A program made the translations under genes and the position numbers. Positions 41,115-52,613 of a stretch of 64,000 bases of DNA are shown one piece after another. This DNA is from Pirellulales bacterium (GTDB taxonomy: Bacteria; Planctomycetota; Planctomycetia; Pirellulales; PALSA-1355): assembly GCA_963733035.1 (NCBI GenBank), contig CAVTBU010000005.1:2496001-2560000 (forward strand), given 5' to 3'. Position 1 is the stretch's first letter. Each line of letters opens with the position of its first letter. The notes under the pieces are model-generated. The model worked only from the letters and a program-made list of their open reading frames with translations. It was not told the origin of the DNA and did no database searches.

Positions 41115-42173
41115 ATGCAGTCCTCGATGCGAACTCTGTTTCGCGGTGCCGCCTTCTTTGCCGCCACCAGCGTCGTCGGTACCATCGGCTACGCGCTGGC
41201 CGGCTGGGATCCGCTCGACGCGGCCTACATGACCGTGATCACCATCTTCGGCGTCGGCTACGGCGAAGTCCATCCGCTCGACAACGACCCGCGGCTGCGA
41301 TTCTTCACCATGTTCGTGATCGTGGCCGGCTGTTCGAGCGTCATCTATTTCATCGGCGGCTTCGTGCAGATGATTGCCGAGGGAGAATTCAACCGCGTAT
41401 TGGGAGCCCGACGAATGACCAAGGGAATCGAACAGCTCAAGAACCACGCCATCATGTGCGGCTACGGACGCGTGGGACAGGCCCTGGCCCGCGAGCTCAA
41501 GGCCAGCGGCCAGCCGTTCGTGATCGTCGACTCCGACACCGAGCGGCTGCGCGAGGCCGAAGACGAGGGCTACCTGGTGCTGGTCGGCGATTGCACCGAC
41601 GAACACGTCCTTTTGATGGCGGGCATCGATCGCGCGCGGGTGGTGGCCAGCGTACTATCGAGCGACGCGGCCAACGTGTTTCTGACGCTCACCGCGCGGG
41701 AGCTGAACGGCGAAGTGGAAATCATCGCCCGCGCCGAAGCGCCGGAAACCGAGAAGAAGCTGTTCCGCTCCGGCGCCAATCGCGTGGTGCTGCCGACGGC
41801 GATCGGCGCGACGAAGATCGCCAACCTGATCTCGCGCCCCACGGCCGAATCGCTGTTGGGCGACAATTCCGGCCGCGAGCACCTGAACGAGGAGTTGGAG
41901 CACTTCGGCCTCAAGATGCAGGAATTCCCGGTCAATGCGGGAAGCGAGTTGGTTGGTCGACCGATCAGCGACGCGGAAGTGCGAGGGCAGGGGGGCGTGG
42001 TAATCGTGGCCGTTCGGCAGGCCGACCGCACGATGGTCCGCAGGCCAGAAGGCAAGTTTGTGTTGTCGGCCGGCGATAGCATCATCGTGCTGGGGCACAG
42101 CGAGCACGTGATCAGCATCGCCCGCCGCGCCGCCACCGACCGAACCGTGTTGTTCCGAGGAGCAAAGACGTAG
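41115..42173 (+). CDS. Potassium channel protein with TrkA-N/TrkA-C (RCK) domains
   Basis: TIFGVGYGEV selectivity filter, CGYGRVG, C-terminal TrkA-C; the upstream ORF extension looks non-coding. Confidence 0.9.
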   Translation: MQSSMRTLFRGAAFFAATSVVGTIGYALAGWDPLDAAYMTVITIFGVGYGEVHPLDNDPRLRFFTMFVIVAGCSSVIYFIGGFVQMIAEGEFNRVLGARRMTKGIEQLKNHAIMCGYGRVGQALARELKASGQPFVIVDSDTERLREAEDEGYLVLVGDCTDEHVLLMAGIDRARVVASVLSSDAANVFLTLTARELNGEVEIIARAEAPETEKKLFRSGANRVVLPTAIGATKIANLISRPTAESLLGDNSGREHLNEELEHFGLKMQEFPVNAGSELVGRPISDAEVRGQGGVVIVAVRQADRTMVRRPEGKFVLSAGDSIIVLGHSEHVISIARRAATDRTVLFRGAKT

Positions 42174-42342
42174 CTGCTGTCATCACGGCGGTCGCCAGCG
42201 GCGGGTCAAGCTTGAGTTTAGCCGCTCGGCGGTCTAAATTGGTTGCGCGACCGGACCCCCTCGAATCGGGCCCGTTTCTCCCGCTCCGCCGGCCGCCGGG
42301 ATTGCCAACGAAACCTCGTTCATTTCGAAGGAGCCGACCACT

Positions 42343-43263
42343 ATGTTGCACCGATTTGGCATGCTGCGCCGATCGACCTTTCTCGTCGCGCTGTGCGCGA
42401 TTCTGGCCGCCGCCGCCGCGCGGGCCGCGGAAGACCACTACTTCGATTCCGACGGCGTCAAGATTCACTACGTAACCGAAGGCGAAGGAGAGCCAGTCAT
42501 TTTGATCCACGGCTTCACGGCCAGCGTTCCAGTGCAATGGCAACTGCCGGGAATCTTCGCGAAGCTCAGCAAGGAATATCAGGTCATCGCGCTCGACAAT
42601 CGCGGACACGGTCGTAGCGACAAGCCGCACGACCCGGCTGACTACGGCACCGAGATGGTCGAAGACGTGGTGCGGCTGATGGACCATCTGAAGATCGACA
42701 AGGCGCACGTGGTGGGCTACTCGATGGGGGGCTTCATGACCGGGTACATGATTTCGAAGTATCCCGATCGCTTGATGTCGGCCACGATGGGGGGCGCCGG
42801 CTGGTCGCAGGCCGACGATCCGCGGCTCGACTTCATCGAAGAGCTGGCCGCTTCGCTGGAAGCCGGCAAGGGCATCGGCCCCTTGATCGAGCACCTCACG
42901 CCGGCCGATCGCCCCAAGCCGACAGCCGAGCAGATTTCGGCCATCAACCAGATGTTGATGTTGAGCAACGACCCGAAGGCGCTGGCGGCCTGCATCCGAG
43001 GGATGAAGGGGCTGGCCGTACCAGAGGAGAAGCTCAAAGCAAACCAGGTGCCCGTGCTGGCAATCATCGGTGAAAAGGACCCCCTGAAAAACGGCGTCGA
43101 CGCGATGCAAGAGCGGATGGCCAACTTGACCGTCAGCGTGATCGACGGCGCCGATCACATGACGACGTTCACCAACCCCAAGTTCGTCAAGGATCTGAAA
43201 GCGTTCCTAGGCAATCACTCACCGGCCGAGGCAGAAGCGACAGCCGCGGCGGGAGCAAATTGA
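42343..43263 (+). CDS. Secreted alpha/beta hydrolase
   Basis: LIHGF, DNRGHGRS, GYSMGG nucleophile elbow, GEKD, ADH. Confidence 0.92.
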   Translation: MLHRFGMLRRSTFLVALCAILAAAAARAAEDHYFDSDGVKIHYVTEGEGEPVILIHGFTASVPVQWQLPGIFAKLSKEYQVIALDNRGHGRSDKPHDPADYGTEMVEDVVRLMDHLKIDKAHVVGYSMGGFMTGYMISKYPDRLMSATMGGAGWSQADDPRLDFIEELAASLEAGKGIGPLIEHLTPADRPKPTAEQISAINQMLMLSNDPKALAACIRGMKGLAVPEEKLKANQVPVLAIIGEKDPLKNGVDAMQERMANLTVSVIDGADHMTTFTNPKFVKDLKAFLGNHSPAEAEATAAAGAN

Positions 43264-43338
43264 TTGCCCTCGAAGATTTGATCGCAATATGTCGGGGCGC
43301 AGCTCGATTCGAGTTGCGCCCCGTTTCTTTGCACACCT

Positions 43339-44568
43339 CTAGGTTCGACGGCGAAGTGCCCAGGCGCCCACCAGCAAGGCGGCCGCCGCGGCCAGGCAAC
43401 CGCTGGCGGGTTCGGGAATGAGGTAGCTGGTGCTCAACGGACTAGCGGCGATTTCGGACAGCGGCGCCGCGGCGGGAGTGGCCGTCCGCGACTTCAGAAT
43501 TTGGTTCTCCACGGATTGTATGTCGGATGTACTGACGCGATCATCACCGTTGACGTCCAGATAGTGACCCGTTCCCGTCGGTGATCCGCTGAGTTCGTGA
43601 ATCCCATTAACCCCGTTGCTCAGAATGTCGTTGACCAGTATCAGAACGTCACCGAACGTCACCGTGCCGTTCCCGCTGACGTCGTAGTAGTTGGCTTGAT
43701 TCTGCCAGAGCGGATCCGGCTTGTTGAGATAGCTCAGAATTTGGTCGCGGTAGGCCGAAAGGTCGACAATGGTCGACTGCTCGCCATAGGTGATCGTGTT
43801 GCTCGGCTGATTTGAAAGCGGCTGGTTGGCGATCATGAGCCCGGACAAATCCCATTGCCCGTCGACGTACGAGAAAACACCCCCCCCGGAATCCCCCGGC
43901 GTTGCCTGAGCTTCGAACGGGATCCCTCGGAAATCAAATGTCGTCGAAAACGTCTGGGTGAAGTCGGTGGTATTGAAGTTGGATGCGGCGGAAACGACGT
44001 TCATTCCCCATCGCATGGTGTTCGTACTCCCCAGGTTGTAGCCAAGCACATTGGATTCGAGCAGAGGCTGAGCCGACCAAGCGAGCCCCGAGGCCGACGA
44101 TGTGACGCGCCAGCCGATTAGTTTCGGCGACCGATCCGTGCCGGCGCCGATCATCATTACCTGGCTGCCCGTAGCGGGGGCCGCGGCATCAATCGACATG
44201 GCCGGCAAACCGGGGTCTTCCGCCAGCCGAAAGATACGAAGGTCGGGGGAACCGAACGGAAACACGCCGGCGTTGCTTAGTTGGATGCCGGATCCGACCG
44301 CCTCGGCCATTACGCGGCCGTCCGATAATCGCAGGTCTCCTTCACCCACGTGATTTGCGGTGATCACCCAACGATTGCCAAGATAGACGGCCGAACCGCT
44401 CCCGACGCGTCCCACGTTGTTCCAGCCCGGATTCGTGGCCGGCGCCCGCACGTTGGGCGTATCGTCGGACTCAAAGATAGCAACGGCCGTGGCGCGACTC
44501 GGCGCCAAAGCGCCAAGAAGCAAGACCGCGGCGCATCGCAGGCAGGCGACAAGAAGTCTGCTGCGCAT
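43339..44568 (-). CDS. Trypsin-like serine protease with dockerin-like module and PEP-CTERM
   Basis: ITANH, PDL, GDSGG; DVSGNGTV and DVNGDDRV; IPEPAS, TM helix and RRR. Confidence 0.85.
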   Translation of the reverse strand: MRSRLLVACLRCAAVLLLGALAPSRATAVAIFESDDTPNVRAPATNPGWNNVGRVGSGSAVYLGNRWVITANHVGEGDLRLSDGRVMAEAVGSGIQLSNAGVFPFGSPDLRIFRLAEDPGLPAMSIDAAAPATGSQVMMIGAGTDRSPKLIGWRVTSSASGLAWSAQPLLESNVLGYNLGSTNTMRWGMNVVSAASNFNTTDFTQTFSTTFDFRGIPFEAQATPGDSGGGVFSYVDGQWDLSGLMIANQPLSNQPSNTITYGEQSTIVDLSAYRDQILSYLNKPDPLWQNQANYYDVSGNGTVTFGDVLILVNDILSNGVNGIHELSGSPTGTGHYLDVNGDDRVSTSDIQSVENQILKSRTATPAAAPLSEIAASPLSTSYLIPEPASGCLAAAAALLVGAWALRRRT

Positions 44569-44723
44569 CGAGATGGGTTTCCTAGGTGGCGGCGTCAATG
44601 GTGGAACTATTGGAGGACGGAAGGTGAGTTTCCAGATTAATTGGTGGTCTGACCAATTGCGAGGAGATGCTGACCACAATCTTCCCGAGGAATGCCCGAA
44701 TTCGGACAATCGTCCGTGGCACC

Positions 44724-45785
44724 CTAGTCGAAGTCCGCCACAAGTGGCCGATGATCCGAACCGATGTCGGGTCCGACCCAAGCCCTGACGCAATGCCACG
44801 GGGGACTGTAGAGAATGTGGTCAATGCGAGCCCCGTAGGTCCAGCCCCGCTTTTCGGTCATCTTTGTGAAGCCGAGTCCGAAACCGGTTGTCGAAAAGGC
44901 GTTGCGCATCGAAGACCAATAGCGGCGGTAGATGGTACTCTCCACCGGCATATTGAAGTCGCCAACAATGATTTTTGGCTCGGGGAAGCTATCGACCCAC
45001 TGTCCAACGAATTTTGTCTCCTCGTCTCGCTTCCGCAGAATGGCATTGAGCCGCGGAATGCCCGATAAGTCCACACCTCGCTTGCGGTCCAACACCGCCT
45101 CTAGGCCTGGGCGTGGCGTCATCAAATGCAAATTGAACAGTTGCACGTCTCGGCCGGGAAACTGAATCTGGTAGCGGATGGCCGCCAACTTTCCAGGTAC
45201 GGTCGGGCGACGAACCGTCCCGCGCTGCCAGATGGGATACCGGCAAGCCACCAGCAACTCATCGTTGAAAACCACGTGCCAACCCTCTGGCCAAACCAAC
45301 TTTGGTGGCACCAGCTTCACCTCCTGCAGGGCAACCACGTCGGGGCGCAGTTCATCGATCAGACTGGCCAGATCGGCCACCCGATAGTCGCGCTGGGCCA
45401 CATTGCAGGTAAGCACACGCAGCTTAAACGGCGCGCTGTCGTTGAACAGGTGAAGCTGAAAGCCCATGATCGGACCGGCGATCACCACGCCGATGATCGC
45501 CAGCAAACCGAGCCCGCGGCGAAACCAAACGGCTGCCAGCGGCACCAGGACGAGCATCGGCACCGCGCAGATCCAGCGTGGGCCAAACAAAAACAAGGTG
45601 GCCAGCCAGGCACGATCTCCTCGCAGGCGCATCCAGACAGCCAGACCGAAAATCGTGATCGCATACAGCACGATCGCCGCCACGAGTCCTCGTTGCCACG
45701 ACGTACGCCGGCGAACCGGCTTCGCATCCGAACCGGTGTCGTGCGAAGGAGCCGTGTCAGGTGGATCGTTGCTCCGCTGCGACAT
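44724..45785 (-). CDS. Membrane-anchored endonuclease/exonuclease/phosphatase family protein
   Basis: LTCNV, DVVALQE, GDFN, IDHI, SDHRP. Confidence 0.9.
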   Translation of the reverse strand: MSQRSNDPPDTAPSHDTGSDAKPVRRRTSWQRGLVAAIVLYAITIFGLAVWMRLRGDRAWLATLFLFGPRWICAVPMLVLVPLAAVWFRRGLGLLAIIGVVIAGPIMGFQLHLFNDSAPFKLRVLTCNVAQRDYRVADLASLIDELRPDVVALQEVKLVPPKLVWPEGWHVVFNDELLVACRYPIWQRGTVRRPTVPGKLAAIRYQIQFPGRDVQLFNLHLMTPRPGLEAVLDRKRGVDLSGIPRLNAILRKRDEETKFVGQWVDSFPEPKIIVGDFNMPVESTIYRRYWSSMRNAFSTTGFGLGFTKMTEKRGWTYGARIDHILYSPPWHCVRAWVGPDIGSDHRPLVADFD

Positions 45786-45872
45786 GGGGGCCCTTGGTGT
45801 GGGGCGATGCTCGGGTAGACTTCGCGCATTTCTACGCAAGGTCCACTTGGCACGGCCGCGACGTTGCGAGGT

Positions 45873-46031
45873 TTACTGATCGGCTTCGTCTTCCGCCTTC
45901 AGGCGGGCCAGACGCGCGAGCATGTGTTTGATATCGTATGCCCCGCGAAATGCCACGTACACGGTCACGGTGGAAAACCACAACAGCGCCGCCGCGGTCA
46001 TCAGCCACCAAAAATCTTCGAGCGTCGGCAT
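45873..46031 (-). CDS. Small single-TM protein downstream of the SSS symporter (absent from the ORF track)
   Basis: MPTLEDFWWLMTAAALLWFSTVTVYVAFRGAYDIKHMLARLARLKAEDEADQ*; ATG lies 1 bp after the symporter stop, with a GGAG RBS. Confidence 0.7.
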   Translation of the reverse strand: MPTLEDFWWLMTAAALLWFSTVTVYVAFRGAYDIKHMLARLARLKAEDEADQ

Positions 46032-46032
46032 G

Positions 46033-47522
46033 CTAGCTCTCCACGGTCGGTGCGATCACCGTTCTGCGCGGCTTCAAATACGATCCAATCACCATCGCCA
46101 AGGCCGCGCCGGCAAAGGCGGCGATGCCAGCCATCTCGGCACCGATCTCCAGGGCCGTTTCCTGCGTGGCCGGCAATTGCTCACACACCAGGTAGGCCAG
46201 CGGAATCAGGGCCCCCACCGCGATTGCGCCGGCGGCGCCCAGTTGTTGGCGGGGCGCCAGTAGCAACTCGCCACCAGCAGCGTCGACATGCTCGCCAGGT
46301 AGATCGTGCCCGTGACGGTCAGGTAGGTCCAGATTTCCTGCTGCAACGGATACCAGAGGCCATAGATCAATAGGAAAACGCCGATCAGCGCCACGATCAC
46401 ACGGTTCCAGCGCAGGCCGCGCCTTTCGGTCCACTTGGCCTTGCGCAGCGGCGCGAGCAGGTCGTTGTAGATCACACTACTCCAAGTGAGCATGTAGGAC
46501 GAGTCGGTCGACATGTCGGCGGCGAGCATGGCGGCAACCAGCAAACCCGCTAGCCCCACCGGCCAGGACATCGTCGCCAGGAACATCGGCATCGCGTCTG
46601 ATTCTTTATGCCCGGCCATCATCTCCGGGTCGAGCGTGGCCAATGCGGCAATGCCCCAGATTCCCGGAATGATGAACTGGCAAGCGAAGAAGAAGCTCGT
46701 GCGGGTATAGACCTTTTGGCCGGTGGCGGTGTCCTTGGCCGATAGCAGCCGCGCAATCGTGGTCTGCCAGGTAAGCATGGCGGCGGTGTTCACCAGGGCC
46801 TGAAACACAATATAGCGCCAGCCCAGTCCTTCGCGGACCAAGGGATTGAATCCGCCCGCGCCGTAATGTTGCTCGACCGTTGAGGCCAATTGATCCCAGG
46901 GCACATTCCACAGCGTCAGTGCGGTCACGGCCAGCATGCCGACGCTCATCACGAGGAACTGCAGATAGTCGGTCACCAGCACCGACAGCATGCCGCCGAC
47001 GATCGTGTAGAAGCCGACGGCGATCAGCATCAGCGTCATGGTGATTTCGAGATACTCTTTGTTGAAGCCGCAGACGATGACCAGAAACTCGCCGCCGGTG
47101 CGCAGGAACACGCCCATATTCAACAGGCCGCCGAGGACGATCACCACTCCGCTCCACCAACGTATTCGCGAACCAAAGCGCTGTTCGAACAGCTCGGCAA
47201 TGGTGATGACTCCCGCATCGCGGAGCGGTTTGACACAGAATCCCGTCCAGCCAATCAGCAGCATCGCCACAAAGCCAAGGAGGCCGGCGGCGGCGCCGGC
47301 AAAGCCGTGCTTGTAGCCGAGCTCGGCGCTCGACATGCATGTGACGATGCCAAACTCGGTCGCCGCCAGCGACGCCACGCCCAGGTAGACGTCCATCTCA
47401 CGGCCGGCCACCAAAAAGTGCTCGACCTTGCCCACGTACTTCCGCACGCTCAGCCCGGCAAACATCGCCACGGCGAAATAGAGCCCCACGATGCTGCCGT
47501 CAATCCAGGAGAAATTCGACAT
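46033..47522 (-). CDS. Sodium:solute symporter (SSS); apparent frameshift near 46238
   Basis: FLVAGR, SLAATE, GGMLSVLVTDYLQ, AADMST; one extra G restores NNWGAAGAIAVG. Confidence 0.88.
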
Positions 47523-47578
47523 GGGGGCGAGGACTTTGGTACGGAAGAACGGCGCCGCACGACACTAGGCGGGGCAAC

Positions 47579-48358
47579 CTAAAACGGAAACTTCTCGTCG
47601 AGTTTCGCGCTCGATAGTTCAACAAGGAATGGTGCGAGGCGGTCGACGATGCAGTCCATCATGCGGCGGCCTTTGTCGGCCGTAGCGGCGTGCGGGTAGC
47701 CGGCGCCGGAATTCGTGGTGAGCAAGTGCCAGGGGCGAGTGATTGAAACCCAACCTTCGTTCACTGCTTGGAAACGCGTTTTGGCCATTGCTCCGTCATC
47801 GGCGATCAGCGTGCCATCGTCATTGCGGCCGACCAATTCGGGGAAGTAGGCCAGGCCAAACGACGTTTCCATTTCTCCGGCATGATCGTCGGGATAATCG
47901 AAGATTTCTCCCGCCAGATCTTTCACAGCGCTGTACCAGCTCACCAGAAAAACATGCACGGAGGTTTTGCCATACAACTCGCGGACGAGCGCTTTGAATT
48001 CGTTACCGCCGTGACTGTTAAGCAGCACGAACTTCCGCACGCCGTGATGCTCGAGCGACTTGACCAAATCGGTGATCACCGTGAACAGCGTCGAGGGATT
48101 CACGTTCATGGCCATCGGAAAGGCCATCTGGTTGGTTTCGGTGCCATAAGGAATCGTCGGCAGCAGGGCCACCTTGGCCCCTTGCTTGTGCGCCGCCTCA
48201 CAAATCTTCTCGCCGACGGTCGTCCCCTCAAATAGATCGGTGCCGTATGGCAGGTGCAAGTTGTGCGGCTCGGTGGCACCGCAAGGAAGCACCGCCACTT
48301 CGTAAGGGTTTTCTTTAATGTAGGCGTAGTTCGCTTCGGCAAGAATCCAAGGACGCAC
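47579..48358 (-). CDS. Creatininase family amidohydrolase
   Basis: GATEPHNLHLPYGTD, NSHGGN, DHAGEMETS; has its own GTG start with a GGAG RBS. Confidence 0.88.
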   Translation of the reverse strand: MRPWILAEANYAYIKENPYEVAVLPCGATEPHNLHLPYGTDLFEGTTVGEKICEAAHKQGAKVALLPTIPYGTETNQMAFPMAMNVNPSTLFTVITDLVKSLEHHGVRKFVLLNSHGGNEFKALVRELYGKTSVHVFLVSWYSAVKDLAGEIFDYPDDHAGEMETSFGLAYFPELVGRNDDGTLIADDGAMAKTRFQAVNEGWVSITRPWHLLTTNSGAGYPHAATADKGRRMMDCIVDRLAPFLVELSSAKLDEKFPF

Positions 48359-48489
48359 GGCGGAAAACTCCAGGCTGGGGCATTGAATGATCAACGGCAG
48401 CCGTCGATGATACCGCCTTGCCAAGCGTTTCGATACCTCCTCGTCGCCCGGCTGGGCGTTTTGCGGTAACGCTCTACCGGGCCGCTTGT

Positions 48490-49930
48490 TCAGGGGCGCG
48501 GCAACAGTCACGCCGGCGCTCATGTAAGCGCGATAGGCGGTGTCGAGCGCCTCGTAGCTTTGGCCAGTCTGGTCGGCCAGCGATTGCGGCGTTGCGCGGC
48601 CGCGATAGATTTCCAGCAGGTACTCAACCAGCGCATCGCCGTACCGGCCGTGCTCGGCCTGCATGAAAAAGTCGGTCAGGCCGGCGCTTTGGCTGTAGAG
48701 CATTGCGATCCGCTTGTCGCGCTGCAGGTCGTCTCGCCCGAAGGTGACCAGCTCGGCCAGCGGCACGTAGAAATGGTCGACGAGCAGGCGATGCCGCGCC
48801 GCGGGAACGCGTCCGGCGTTCATTCCACCCAGCGTGAAATGACCTCCCTGGTCAGCGAGCGACTCCATGTAGCAGGCAATCCCCTCGACGATCCAGAAGT
48901 TGTTTTGTCGTCCGATTTGCGCCGTGACGTTGCGCGTCTCCTGGAACAACTGATGGGTCGCCTCGTGAAACAAGGTGCCAGGGTCCTGCTCTTCGCCGGC
49001 AAAGAAGTACGCCGTGCGATTCGTGTCGAAATAAATGCCCAGCGTAATATCGATTTGCGGCTGGGCCGAGCGAAGAGCCGCGTTGTACTCATCGCGCGTG
49101 CGAAAATAAACGACGTCATGCTGTCGGGGCAGGGGACGGGGAGACTTGCCCTCCAATAGTTTGAGCATCTCGGCGCCGCTCACCAAATAGGAAGCGAACA
49201 CTTGCCGCCATAGCCCGTAAAAGATCTCCAGGCGTTTGGCCAACGACACGCCCTCTTCCAGGCTATGGTTCGTCGTCACCACGTAGTGATCGGTTTCGAT
49301 CCGCCAACCGCGCTTCAGGTCCTGCCGCAGCCCAGCCTCTTCGTCGGCACTCATCCAGCGGCCCAGAGCGAACCGTTCGCCGCGTTCGTAGCGCTCGACG
49401 TGTGATTTCGGCAGCCAGCCAAACCGCTCGTGCCACTGCTTGCCAGACCGGAATTGGCGGACTTCAAACGGCGTGTGCCACTCGTCGCGGTACTTTACGT
49501 AGCCCAACATTTTGCGAGCCCGTTCGTCGTCGGGATTCTCTCGCATCGCCTCGACGACAAGTTCGTAGGCCAGCGACGGGCGCCCTTCGCCGGCCGCCTG
49601 CCGCGCGAGCGCCATTAGGGCGTTGGCCTGCTCGTTGCGCATATCTTGCCATTTCACGCCATCGGTCGCATCGCGCGCGGTTTCGGGCGTAGCCACCGAA
49701 GGCAACGGAAAGAGCGTGGTCTGATCCGCCGTACGCGACGGTAGCCAATGCCGCAGGGCCTCGGCAGCGCGCGGGAGGTTCTCGGCGTCGCAGCGACGCG
49801 CAAGGTCATCGAGCTTCGCCGAATATGCCGCGTAAAGGTCGGCTCGCGCCTGGATGACGTCAGCGCGCACCGCTGCCACACTGAGGGAAAACGCAACCAG
49901 CACCAGGGCGACGAGGACGGGACGCGGCAT
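48490..49930 (-). CDS. DUF1570-like secreted zincin protein; true stop uncertain (reads through into creatininase as assembled)
   Basis: Signal peptide, HEATHQL, WIVEGIACYME. Confidence 0.75.
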
Positions 49931-50025
49931 ATCGTTAGTTTAACATGCCGGTCCGGCACGCCCCTTTTTTCCACCGACGTCATTGCCTTGGGTTCGGGGT
50001 CGGAATTCTCTGCGGCAGGAGCTTG

Positions 50026-51024
50026 CTACGCTTGTGAAAATGCGGCGTCAAAGGCAGCGCCGGCAGGTGCGAAATCGAGGTTTTTCACGAAATGCAATGC
50101 CTCCTGGGCTCCCGCCTCGCGGTCCATGCCAGGATCTTCCCATTCGACCGAGAGCGGCCCGGCATACTTGATGTGGTTCAGGGCCCGAATAATCTCCTCG
50201 AAATCGACGGCGCCCCGGCCGGGCGAGCGAAAATCCCAGCCGCGCCGCGGATCGCCAAACGGCAAATGGCTGCCCAGGATGCTGGCTTTGCCGGTCAGTC
50301 GCACGGCCGTGTCCTTCACGTGCACATGATAGATCCGGTCGCCAACGGCGCGGAGGAACTCGACCGCGTCGACGCCTTGCCAATGCAGGTGGCTGGGGTC
50401 GAAGTTGAAACCGAATTCCTCGCGGCGGTCGATCTCCTCGAGTGCCCGCTGAGCCGTGATCAGGTCAAAGGCGATTTCCGTCGGGTGCACTTCCAAGGCA
50501 AACTGCACGCCGCACTCGCCAAACACGTCGAGAATCGGATGGAACCGCTCGGCAAACTGCGCAAAACCCGCATCGATCATGGAATCCGGCACCGGCGGAA
50601 ACCCATACAGCAGCGGCCAGATCGTTGAACCCGTGAAGCCGTTGACAATGCCGACGCCCAGCTTTTGCGCCGCCCGGGCGGTGTTCATCAACTCCTCGGC
50701 AGCGCGCTGGTTGACGCCTTCCGGATTGCCGTCGCCCCAAACGTGCGGGGGAAGAATTGCCTCGTGCCGCGCGTCCACCCGGTCGAGCACCGCCTGGCCG
50801 ACCGAATGCGCGCTGATCGCATGGACCTGCAAATCGTAGCGCTCGAGCAGGTCGCGGCGAGCGGCGCAATAGCCGGCATCCGATTGCGCTTTGTCGACTT
50901 CGAAATGATCGCCCCAGCAGGCCAGTTCCAATCCCTCGTAGCCCCACGCGCTGGCTTTGCGGGCCACGTCCTCCAGCGGCAAATCGGCCCATTGTCCAGT
51001 GAATAGCGTAACCGGCCGTCCCAT
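50026..51024 (-). CDS. Sugar phosphate isomerase/epimerase (TIM barrel)
   Basis: [45 protein letters not shown]. Confidence 0.9.
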   Translation of the reverse strand: MGRPVTLFTGQWADLPLEDVARKASAWGYEGLELACWGDHFEVDKAQSDAGYCAARRDLLERYDLQVHAISAHSVGQAVLDRVDARHEAILPPHVWGDGNPEGVNQRAAEELMNTARAAQKLGVGIVNGFTGSTIWPLLYGFPPVPDSMIDAGFAQFAERFHPILDVFGECGVQFALEVHPTEIAFDLITAQRALEEIDRREEFGFNFDPSHLHWQGVDAVEFLRAVGDRIYHVHVKDTAVRLTGKASILGSHLPFGDPRRGWDFRSPGRGAVDFEEIIRALNHIKYAGPLSVEWEDPGMDREAGAQEALHFVKNLDFAPAGAAFDAAFSQA

Positions 51025-51218
51025 ACGGTGCTCCTTGCTAAGTGCAATTCCTGCGCTCCGCGTTATTGTGGCGAAACCCTGGCGGCGTGCAACTGGTACG
51101 AAGCTGGTTGAACTGGTATCGGGCCGGCCATGCGAGTCGGCTTGAGCCGCCCGCTGGCAGGTCTTACTCTGGGGGCTCGTTCGGACTGAAGCCTTCACTC
51201 TACCGCCAGAATCTCGAT

Positions 51219-52340
51219 ATGCCTGTCTCCAAAACCTCTCAACCTGTGCGCATCGGTATTATCGGTGCCGGCGCCGTCAGCGACTATCACCACGTGCCCG
51301 CCATCCGGATTGATCCAAGGGCACAGCTTGTGGCCGCCTGCGATGCCAACGCCGATCTGCTCGCCAAGCGCAAAACCGATTGGGGCGTTGAGATCGTCAG
51401 CACCGATCCGGACGTCATCTGCGGGCATGCGAACGTCGATGCGGTGATCATCGCCACACCGAATTTCACGCACCGGCCAATCGCCATGGCCGCGGCCAGG
51501 TGTGGCAAGCACATCATGTGCGAAAAGCCGCTGGGGCTGAACGCCGGCGAAGTGCGCGAGATGTATACAGCAGCACGCGACGCGGACGTCGTGCACATGA
51601 CGGCGTTCACGTATCGTTTCGCGCCCTCGATGCGCTATTTGAAGCACCTGGTCTCCTCCGGGCAGCTGGGCGAACCGCGGCACTTTCGCAGTCAGCGATT
51701 CCTGGATTGGCCGGAAACGAGTTGGGGCTGGCGGCAGTATCAGCATCTGGCAGGTGCCGGCGATCTGTTCGACATGACAATCCATCGGATCGACTTTGCG
51801 CAAGACTTGCTCGGACCGATCGCCCGCGTGACCGGCGCGCTGGCTCGTTTCGCTCCCCGCACGCAAACGGCCGACGGCAAGCCGTGCGAACCGTCGAATG
51901 TCGACGACTGGTCGAGTATCATCGGCGAATTCGACTGTGGCGCGACCGGCGTGTGGGAGGGCACGACGCTAGCAAAGGGATACGGCCGAGGCGGCTTTGG
52001 TCATGAGTGGGCCGAGATCAACGGCTCCGAGGGCTCCGCCGTGTACCAGCTTCACCAGCCCAACAGTATTCTCGTTGGCAAAACCGGCCAAGACTTGGCG
52101 CCGGTTGAAGTTCCGAAAGAATTCTTGAAACCCGCCGACAGCCCTCGCGATCCGTCGGTCGGCGAGCCGGCAACGGTATTTCGCTACGACCTGGTTTGGG
52201 AGTTTGTCTCGGCGATCGTCGAGGGCCGCGGGGCCATGCCCGATTTCTACCACGGTCTACAAGCTCAACGCGTGGCCGACGCGGCGATCGAGTCGTACGC
52301 CGGGCGGAAATGGGTCGAGCTTCCCGCGGAAGCTCGATAA
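51219..52340 (+). CDS. Gfo/Idh/MocA oxidoreductase
   Basis: [28 protein letters not shown]. Confidence 0.92.
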   Translation: MPVSKTSQPVRIGIIGAGAVSDYHHVPAIRIDPRAQLVAACDANADLLAKRKTDWGVEIVSTDPDVICGHANVDAVIIATPNFTHRPIAMAAARCGKHIMCEKPLGLNAGEVREMYTAARDADVVHMTAFTYRFAPSMRYLKHLVSSGQLGEPRHFRSQRFLDWPETSWGWRQYQHLAGAGDLFDMTIHRIDFAQDLLGPIARVTGALARFAPRTQTADGKPCEPSNVDDWSSIIGEFDCGATGVWEGTTLAKGYGRGGFGHEWAEINGSEGSAVYQLHQPNSILVGKTGQDLAPVEVPKEFLKPADSPRDPSVGEPATVFRYDLVWEFVSAIVEGRGAMPDFYHGLQAQRVADAAIESYAGRKWVELPAEAR

Positions 52341-52613
52341 CCAGGTTGAGCGCCCATGCTTGGACGACTACGATTAGGAATGACGGCAATGCGATGGTAT
52401 TCGCGCATCGCTGCATGTTTTCTTCGTTGCGCCGGCTAATGCAATTCTCTTGATCCGAAACCTCGCTGTTTGCGCGTGGATTGTGCGCACCCCGATCGTT
52501 TCGGACTTCTCCGTGTCGCGGCATCATTACGCCGTTCGCACATCGAACCTGTGCCCGAGGCTGGCGTTCGATCTTTACCTGATCTCGCTCACACCACCGG
52601 TGATTTCATTGCT

